Source: a virus. From it: a DNA stretch of 64,000 nucleotides. Both the position numbers and the translations under genes were made by a program. Positions within the stretch are counted from its first letter, which is position 1. Every line of letters begins with the position of its first letter. This document shows, piece by piece, positions 57,777-64,000 of this stretch. The notes below the pieces were generated by a model. The model searched no databases and had not been told where the DNA came from. It saw only the letters and a list, made by a program, of their open reading frames with translations. Location of the stretch: the IMG/VR virus record IMGVR_UViG_3300035698_019437, positions 32,001-96,000 of that record. The stretch is one strand, 5' to 3'.

Positions 57777-58918
57777 CAGATAAATTTAAACTTGTTATAG
57801 CAGCTAATCACAGTTTTCCTCATGTAGGAGGTACTGAGGTAGTCATCCAAAACATTGCTGAAAGTTTTGTCAACGACTTTGATTGTGAATGTACCATAAT
57901 AAGTAGAGTATTAATAGAGAAAAAGATTTCTCAAAATGGTGTAGAAATAGTGAAATGCGGTATAGATGCTAATGCATTTAGGGATCAACTTGTTTCCATC
58001 TCACCAGACCACGTTTTTATATATAGCGATTGCTTTAGATATTGGCCGGATATTTTGAATAGTAATAAGTTTACAGATTCGAAATACAGCATCGCTCTAG
58101 TGGGTATGAATAATATGTTGTCAGGGAATAAGAGTTTATTTTATAAATTCAAAAGGAAATACAATCAATATAATGTGATTACACATTCAGACAACTATCA
58201 AGATTACATGTATTGTCAAGATGCGGATATACCCGTTCATGTTATACCAAATGGAGTTTCTATCAAAGAGTTTGACGTAGACTCTTCTGACTTTCGTAAA
58301 AAACACAAAATAGATACTGAGAAAATTGTTCTTTGTGTATCTAACTTCTTTCCCGGTAAGGGTCAGGAATATCTGTTACCGATACTTGACAAACTATATC
58401 AACAACGACAGGATTTTACTGCTGTATTTATATGCAGCACCGTCAATTTTTATGTAGCGAATAATATTAGAAACAAATTTAGACAGATGTTAAAGCGTGC
58501 TAAATTCCCTTCTAAAGTAATATCTGATGTAGCTAGGAAAGAAGTATTAGAGGCTTACAAAGAGGCAGATGTTTTTGTTTTCCCATCGCAAAAAGAAGTA
58601 GCTCCAATAGTGATACTGGAAGCTATGGCTTCTGGGACTCCTTGGGTAGCGATGCCAGTAGGTAATATTGGACAGCTTAAAGGAGGTAAGCAAGTTCCGT
58701 ACCGTTCTAAGGATGCAGAGGGATTTGCTACCTACAATGCAGAGTCAAATGATTATTTTGTGAAATACCTATATGACATATTATCCGATGATCATCTGAG
58801 AAAACAACTTGGAGACGAAGGTAGGAAAGAAATAGAAGAAAAATATTTATGGGAAAAAATTGTTCCTATATATCATGAATTATTCACTTTAGGCACTAAA
58901 TATGAAGCCACTAGTTAG
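57773..58918 (+). CDS. glycosyltransferase GT4
   Basis: GGTE N-terminal motif; ADVFVFPS..E..PIVILEAMASG. Confidence 0.9.
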   Translation: MTDKFKLVIAANHSFPHVGGTEVVIQNIAESFVNDFDCECTIISRVLIEKKISQNGVEIVKCGIDANAFRDQLVSISPDHVFIYSDCFRYWPDILNSNKFTDSKYSIALVGMNNMLSGNKSLFYKFKRKYNQYNVITHSDNYQDYMYCQDADIPVHVIPNGVSIKEFDVDSSDFRKKHKIDTEKIVLCVSNFFPGKGQEYLLPILDKLYQQRQDFTAVFICSTVNFYVANNIRNKFRQMLKRAKFPSKVISDVARKEVLEAYKEADVFVFPSQKEVAPIVILEAMASGTPWVAMPVGNIGQLKGGKQVPYRSKDAEGFATYNAESNDYFVKYLYDILSDDHLRKQLGDEGRKEIEEKYLWEKIVPIYHELFTLGTKYEATS

Positions 58919-59648
58919 CGTTATAACAACTTTATACAATTGCGAGAAGTATGTTCGTGAATCTCTGGAATCAATTGTAGAACAAGATTTCAAAGATTTT
59001 GAATTTATCATAATTAATGATGGTTCTACTGACGCTACTTGGGATATTGTAGAATCCATAAAAGATGATAGAATAAAGCTTTACGACTATAAAGACAATA
59101 AAAGAATTCCTACTAGAAGGAATCAAGCTATAGATTTTGCGAAAGGCAAATACGTCGCTATCCACGATGGTGATGATATAAGTATAAGAGGTCGATTGAC
59201 TGCTCAAGTAGAAAGTCATGAGAGTTACGATAATTTGTTTTGCTTGGGTGCTCATGCCGCTAAAATCAACGTTGAGGGAGAAACCACTGGGTTTATGACA
59301 TACCCTCCAGTCAATCATGATAATATTGTGAGATCGTTTTTACGTAGTATGAATCCCATGATAGACCCGACTACAATGTTTAAGAGAGAGGACTTTCTAG
59401 AACTTGGGGGCTATACATTGGACAAGAGTATTTATACGGTGCCAGATTTGCATCTGTGGACAAGAGCAGCATTGAAGGGATTGAGATTTCATAATATCCC
59501 TATATCGCTGATAAAATATAGGATCAACCCAAATGGTGTTACTAGGAGTCATGCCAAGGAAATGCAATCAGCACATAGCAGGGTACTGAGAGGGTATTTC
59601 GAACAGTTTATTAAGCAAAATAAGATAAGAAATGCGAGGAAACGCTGA
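58902..59648 (+). CDS. glycosyltransferase GT2
   Basis: VSVI..YN..Y..ESI..Q..FEFIIINDGSTD; HDGDD. Confidence 0.9.
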   Translation: MKPLVSVITTLYNCEKYVRESLESIVEQDFKDFEFIIINDGSTDATWDIVESIKDDRIKLYDYKDNKRIPTRRNQAIDFAKGKYVAIHDGDDISIRGRLTAQVESHESYDNLFCLGAHAAKINVEGETTGFMTYPPVNHDNIVRSFLRSMNPMIDPTTMFKREDFLELGGYTLDKSIYTVPDLHLWTRAALKGLRFHNIPISLIKYRINPNGVTRSHAKEMQSAHSRVLRGYFEQFIKQNKIRNARKR

Positions 59649-60841
59649 TGAGTAAACATAACAAGGCTTGGACTGATAAAGAAACAGAAATCTTGTACGT
59701 ACTAAGAGAAGAAGGAATTCCTTACAAAATTATTTCAACGGAATTGAAGAGAAGTGTAAAATCGTGCGAAAGAAAGTATAATAGTACTAATTGGTCTTTA
59801 ACTGATCTATATGATCCTGTAAAAGGCAGAGTAAAACAATCTTTGAGACGAGCTTATTCAGAGCATCTTACTAGGAATCAGGATAAGAGACAGAATACTC
59901 GTCATATGGTAGGCGATCTTATTTCAGATAGGATAGAACGATGTGTTGAGGCTTTGCCGAAAGTTCCCAAGCCTACTTATAGAAAATCGAAGTCTAGGAA
60001 AAAGGTTGTTCATTCAGATGAAGATGTGGGACTTATTATGAGTGATGCTCATGTAGGTCACCATCATACGTTTGAAGAGACTGGCGGTATATCTGAATAC
60101 AACACAGATGTATTCAAAAAACGTATTAATAATTTAATGTATGCAGTCAAAGATATTAAAGAGTTGCATTCTAGATTGTATAATTTACCAACGTTGCATA
60201 TATTCGCATTAGGAGATATGGTTGCTGGTATGAATCATGTAGGAGCATGGTCTCCAACGTATATCAATTTACCGATCTATGATCAAGTTATTATGGGAGT
60301 GGATGCAATCGCTGGTGCGATAAACTATTGGCTTGGTCTGTTTGGAGAGATAAAGTTTTATGGTGTTGTAGGTAATCATGGTCGTGCCGCACCTGTTGGC
60401 AGTGAAAAAGAATACGTTAACTGGGATTTGATTTGTTACAAATTCTTGGAAGCTCGTTTTAAAGATAATCAAAGAGTAACGTTCAATAATACTTTGACTT
60501 GGTGGATTATGGAACGTATTAGAAATCATAATTTTCTCATGGTTCATGGAGATACCATTAGAGGCTCTAATCCCTTGAGAAAACTGGTTGATTTGGAAGA
60601 AAAAATGACAGGTATTTTAAAAGAGATGCCAGATTATACGCTTGCTGCTCATTTCCATAATCCTGCTGAGATGACAACTAATCATGGTAGGGTTATTATT
60701 AATGGGTCTTTCATAGGTAGCGATATATATAGTTTGAAAGACTTGAAACGAAGTTCTCCACCAGAGCAGAAGGTTTTCGGTATTCATGATAAAAGAGGTA
60801 TTACATGGACTTATAACTTGAATCTCAATATTGACAGGTAA
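59648..60841 (+). CDS. HTH/Myb-like N-terminus plus calcineurin-like metallophosphoesterase
   Basis: WTDKE..L N-terminus; SDAH, GDMV, GNHG, HGD, HFH motifs. Confidence 0.85.
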   Translation: MSKHNKAWTDKETEILYVLREEGIPYKIISTELKRSVKSCERKYNSTNWSLTDLYDPVKGRVKQSLRRAYSEHLTRNQDKRQNTRHMVGDLISDRIERCVEALPKVPKPTYRKSKSRKKVVHSDEDVGLIMSDAHVGHHHTFEETGGISEYNTDVFKKRINNLMYAVKDIKELHSRLYNLPTLHIFALGDMVAGMNHVGAWSPTYINLPIYDQVIMGVDAIAGAINYWLGLFGEIKFYGVVGNHGRAAPVGSEKEYVNWDLICYKFLEARFKDNQRVTFNNTLTWWIMERIRNHNFLMVHGDTIRGSNPLRKLVDLEEKMTGILKEMPDYTLAAHFHNPAEMTTNHGRVIINGSFIGSDIYSLKDLKRSSPPEQKVFGIHDKRGITWTYNLNLNIDR

Positions 60842-60846
60842 TAACA

Positions 60847-60871
60847 AGGATTAAAAAGTCTAATGAAGTAT
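60847..60871 (+). promoter_or_regulatory. AGG-N18-GTAT promoter-like motif
   Basis: Exact spacing; ATG 60879 has no SD. Confidence 0.55.
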
Positions 60872-60878
60872 ATGTATA

Positions 60879-61403
60879 ATGGATGGGAATTATAATAAAA
60901 TGCTAGATTTACCAGTATGGTTAAAACTTGTGGTGCCTACTTTAAATTGTCCTCATTGCGATGCGGCATTGAGGAAGGAGAATATTTTATCTATAGGCAT
61001 AAGAATAAGTGCAACTTCAGAAGACAAAAGCGTGTTGTTTTTTGAATATCAGTGTGATTCCTGTAAAAACAGGTCCATTCTAGAACTCAGCGAAATGACG
61101 GTTGAACAATTTGCGAAATCGATGCAAGATATGAAATCTGAGTATCTTCCTAAGCATATTGATGATGAAGAAGAAGTTGAAGATGAATCTCGTAGACCTA
61201 GACGTGTGTATATAAATAGAAATGCTAAAAAGCGCAAGCCTAAAAAATCTAAGATAACTAATAAAGAAGTTAAAGAGGCTGTTAAGTGGATAGAGGGATG
61301 TAAAGATTCTCAAGAATTTTTGTTAGGAATAGGATTGTCCAAAGAACAGATAGAAGCTATACTCACGACAAAAGACAAGGACGAAAAGAAAAATAATGAA
61401 TAA
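60879..61403 (+). CDS. Zn-ribbon protein
   Basis: CPHC and CDSC pairs. Confidence 0.75.
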   Translation: MDGNYNKMLDLPVWLKLVVPTLNCPHCDAALRKENILSIGIRISATSEDKSVLFFEYQCDSCKNRSILELSEMTVEQFAKSMQDMKSEYLPKHIDDEEEVEDESRRPRRVYINRNAKKRKPKKSKITNKEVKEAVKWIEGCKDSQEFLLGIGLSKEQIEAILTTKDKDEKKNNE

Positions 61404-62472
61404 AGTTACAGACTACCAATTTGTTTATGCAATTATTAAAGCGGCATGCAAAGCGGTATGTTGTGACTTTGTTGACGTACCTGTTGTTATAGATGAATTC
61501 AATGATTTTGTAGGTATAAAAGATGGAAGTATATATGTAGGACATCCAACTAATTTGTCAGAGATGATGGCTAATATTATTTTGATATATATGGGTTCTT
61601 TTGAAGAGATAACTGGGAAATCCCTATTTTGCAACAGAGATCAGGAAGATAACACACTTTTACTTATAGCTAATTTTATTAGGAAGTTATCAAATGTAGA
61701 AGATGTACTACCAGAATCTATATCATTAGACCCGGTAGTACAGAGATTATATCAATATAAGCTATCTTGGTTGTTAATGAAAGATTTGGTGTGTCCAGCT
61801 TTTTCAGTCCCGATAATAAATCATCGAGTTATAAGCTATCATTCTCCTCGTTTCGATATTGCAGGTGCTTTTGAAGAAAATAAAGATGACGATGTAGAAT
61901 TGACAGCTTTTGTAAATACAGATGTTGAGTATAAACCATGTTTAGAAGCAGCCTTGTTTATTGCAAGTTTAAAGTGTCATGAACTAGACATAACAAGAAC
62001 AGTACAACAGATTGTAGAATCTGGACTTAGAGATCAGCTTCAAGGTCTAGTTAAGTTGGCTTTTAAAAAAGATGAAGAAGTAGATGATTTCATGGGATTT
62101 CTTCTTACATTTTCTGGTATTGGCAATAAGATGGAATCAATTATTGGTAAAGTTCCTGATGTATTATCTTCTGGTGAAACGAATGAGATGTATAAAGAGT
62201 CTCAGAACACAAGAGATTTTACCAGTAGTTCTTGGTGGTATTTTGGATTGATTGAGAAAATGCTTGAAGAAGTGAGAGGTTCGGATTGGACTACTTACAA
62301 AAGTCTGACTCCTTATCTCAAAGAACACTGGGATAAAATTCATGCTGCAAGAAAAGCTAAAGGTCGAGACGGCTTAAGCTATGAAGCATTATTGAGAGTT
62401 AAGTATAAAGATAACGAAGATGAAAAACCTAGAATTATGGAAAGTCTTCTAGGTGCTAATAGAGTATGGTAA
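61396..62472 (+). CDS. hypothetical protein
   Basis: 358-aa ORF overlapping the previous gene. Confidence 0.8.
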   Translation: MNKVTDYQFVYAIIKAACKAVCCDFVDVPVVIDEFNDFVGIKDGSIYVGHPTNLSEMMANIILIYMGSFEEITGKSLFCNRDQEDNTLLLIANFIRKLSNVEDVLPESISLDPVVQRLYQYKLSWLLMKDLVCPAFSVPIINHRVISYHSPRFDIAGAFEENKDDDVELTAFVNTDVEYKPCLEAALFIASLKCHELDITRTVQQIVESGLRDQLQGLVKLAFKKDEEVDDFMGFLLTFSGIGNKMESIIGKVPDVLSSGETNEMYKESQNTRDFTSSSWWYFGLIEKMLEEVRGSDWTTYKSLTPYLKEHWDKIHAARKAKGRDGLSYEALLRVKYKDNEDEKPRIMESLLGANRVW

Positions 62473-62487
62473 TTTTAGGAGAATACA

Positions 62488-62709
62488 ATGAACAAAGAAC
62501 TAGAAAAAGAATTAAAGGAAACGATAGGAAAGATTCAAGGTTCTATCAACATATTACGTTCGTCTCCGGTAATTCTAGCATATAATAAGCTTGTGGGAAT
62601 TAACCAGAAGCTGACTATGCTACTGTCGAATTTAGAAATAGGCGCATGTGATCCAGAAGTTACATGTAAAGATACGGATAAAGAAACCAATGAAGGTAAT
62701 TCAAACTAA
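62488..62709 (+). CDS. hypothetical protein
   Basis: AGGAG SD. Confidence 0.75.
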   Translation: MNKELEKELKETIGKIQGSINILRSSPVILAYNKLVGINQKLTMLLSNLEIGACDPEVTCKDTDKETNEGNSN

Positions 62710-62902
62710 ATCTTACATAAAGTTGGCGTATACGTCTTATGACGACCAGCCTGGTTTTGTTAACCGAGATGATAAGGATCAAGGGTCTACTTTATTCTTT
62801 GATCCTAATCCTGAGAGTGAAGATAATATCAAAAAAAAGTGGACAAAGAAAAGGAAGTTTCGTCCGCAAATTCTAGAAGAGATGCCTAAAGGTTCTATCT
62901 AA
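62690..62902 (+). CDS. hypothetical protein (MKVIQTKSYIKLA leader)
   Basis: ATG at 62690 preferred over GTG 62648. Confidence 0.65.
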   Translation: MKVIQTKSYIKLAYTSYDDQPGFVNRDDKDQGSTLFFDPNPESEDNIKKKWTKKRKFRPQILEEMPKGSI

Positions 62903-62904
62903 GT

Positions 62905-64000
62905 ATGACGGATAAACTCATTCTGCATGTAGGAAACACTTCCATTTCTATAGATGGGAAGTTCCCCAAGGGATTGTATAAGAACTTCAAACAATCTCTA
63001 GGTTATCGTCCTGAAGATGCTATATTTAGGATGAAGATGAGTCAAAATAAATCAGCCAAATCGGGTCGAAAGTGGGCTTGGGATGGTTATATAACTACAG
63101 TATGCTATAATAGGCATCATTGTAAATGTCCTATCAAAAAAGATGGTACCCATTTCCCAACAGGGCTTCTAGGAAAAGCCAGAGATTTCTTCCAGACATA
63201 CGAAATACCTTATCAATTTGTAGACGATAGAGTTAAAGTTGTAAGAAGCACTGGTATGACTATGAGTGATGATTTCGAGAGTCGCCCATATCAGCTAGAA
63301 GTAGTAAACAATGCCGTTAATAGCCAGAGAGGTATCATCAGAGCTTGTACAGGCAGCGGTAAGACCGCTATGGCGGCTCAAATCATAGCAAAGCTTGGTG
63401 TTTCCCCTTTTATATTTTATGTGCCTTCTATAGACCTTCTGATACAAGCAAGAGATGAATTGAGCAAGTTTATCGTTAAAAATGGAAGTAATCTTAAAGT
63501 AGGTGCAATCGGAGGCGGTTTTTTTGATATACAAGATGTAAATGTTATGACAATACAAACCGCAGTAAGAGCGACTGGTGAGAAATACATCAAGTTTGAT
63601 GAAGAAGAAAACAAGATAAATGATTTAGAAATTATAGATCAAAACAAAATCGACATACGTGATTTGATTATATCTGCTAAAGGCTGTATATGTGATGAAG
63701 TTCAGCATTGGGCTGCTGAAACTTGTCAGATTATATCTGATTATTCGTCTTCTTGTTATTACAAATACGGTATGTCTGCTACTCCTTGGAGAGATAAAGG
63801 AGATGACATATTAATAGATGCTTGTTTTGGTAAGCTAATAGCTGATATAAGTGCATCGTACTTAATCAAAGAAGGATTCTTAGTTAAGCCCAATATCTAT
63901 TTTGTTCCTATGAAACATCCTTCATATAAGGGACAAGTATATAGCTCGATTTATGAATCTGCTATTGTAGAGAATACGATGAGAAATAATTGTATTGCTT
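62905..64000 (+). CDS. SF2 DNA helicase, UvsW-like (runs off the window end; not in the ORF track)
   Basis: RPYQ Q-motif, TGSGKT Walker A, DEVQH, SATP. Confidence 0.9.
   Translation, partial: MTDKLILHVGNTSISIDGKFPKGLYKNFKQSLGYRPEDAIFRMKMSQNKSAKSGRKWAWDGYITTVCYNRHHCKCPIKKDGTHFPTGLLGKARDFFQTYEIPYQFVDDRVKVVRSTGMTMSDDFESRPYQLEVVNNAVNSQRGIIRACTGSGKTAMAAQIIAKLGVSPFIFYVPSIDLLIQARDELSKFIVKNGSNLKVGAIGGGFFDIQDVNVMTIQTAVRATGEKYIKFDEEENKINDLEIIDQNKIDIRDLIISAKGCICDEVQHWAAETCQIISDYSSSCYYKYGMSATPWRDKGDDILIDACFGKLIADISASYLIKEGFLVKPNIYFVPMKHPSYKGQVYSSIYESAIVENTMRNNCIA

Noticed and set aside
777-63614. Numerous minus-strand and nested ORFs in the track
   Set aside because: They are shadows of long + strand genes, with no SD or recognisable motifs.
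1-64000. Stop-codon reassignment
   Set aside because: Very long ORFs are intact under code 11, and TAA, TAG and TGA all end genes at sensible boundaries.

Overview
The window is a 64-kb piece of a large tailed dsDNA phage genome. It is AT-rich, uses the standard genetic code, and essentially all real genes lie on the + strand. From left to right: (1) 1-4.8 kb, a tandem array of 13 highly diverged ~100-aa paralogs sharing an N-terminal [LFY]P..F.F motif and a C-terminal FxWxx[MI]xx-stop motif, mostly chained by ATGA overlaps; (2) 0.7-12.4 kb, otherwise unrelated proteins (GNAT, zincin, 2H phosphoesterase, Zn-finger protein and others) that begin with the same MNWYK-like peptide, a candidate capsid-targeting signal; (3) a candidate anti-Shine-Dalgarno sRNA at 10.5 kb, and an HNH gene followed by a strongly structured non-coding region at 13.5 kb; (4) an actin-fold ATPase, then a neck/tail module (adaptor, terminator, tube, frameshifting chaperones, tape measure) with no recognisable sheath gene; (5) about 28.6 kb of very large tail-tip/adhesin genes (FN3, Asp-box propellers, dockerin, beta-helix, LamG, Kelch, split vWA, SSSSH repeats); (6) glycosyltransferases, a metallophosphoesterase and a truncated UvsW-like SF2 helicase. 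A recurring AGG-N18-G[AT]A motif marks many intergenic gaps. I saw no tRNA, rRNA or CRISPR array. All functional calls come from motif recognition by eye; no database searches were run.
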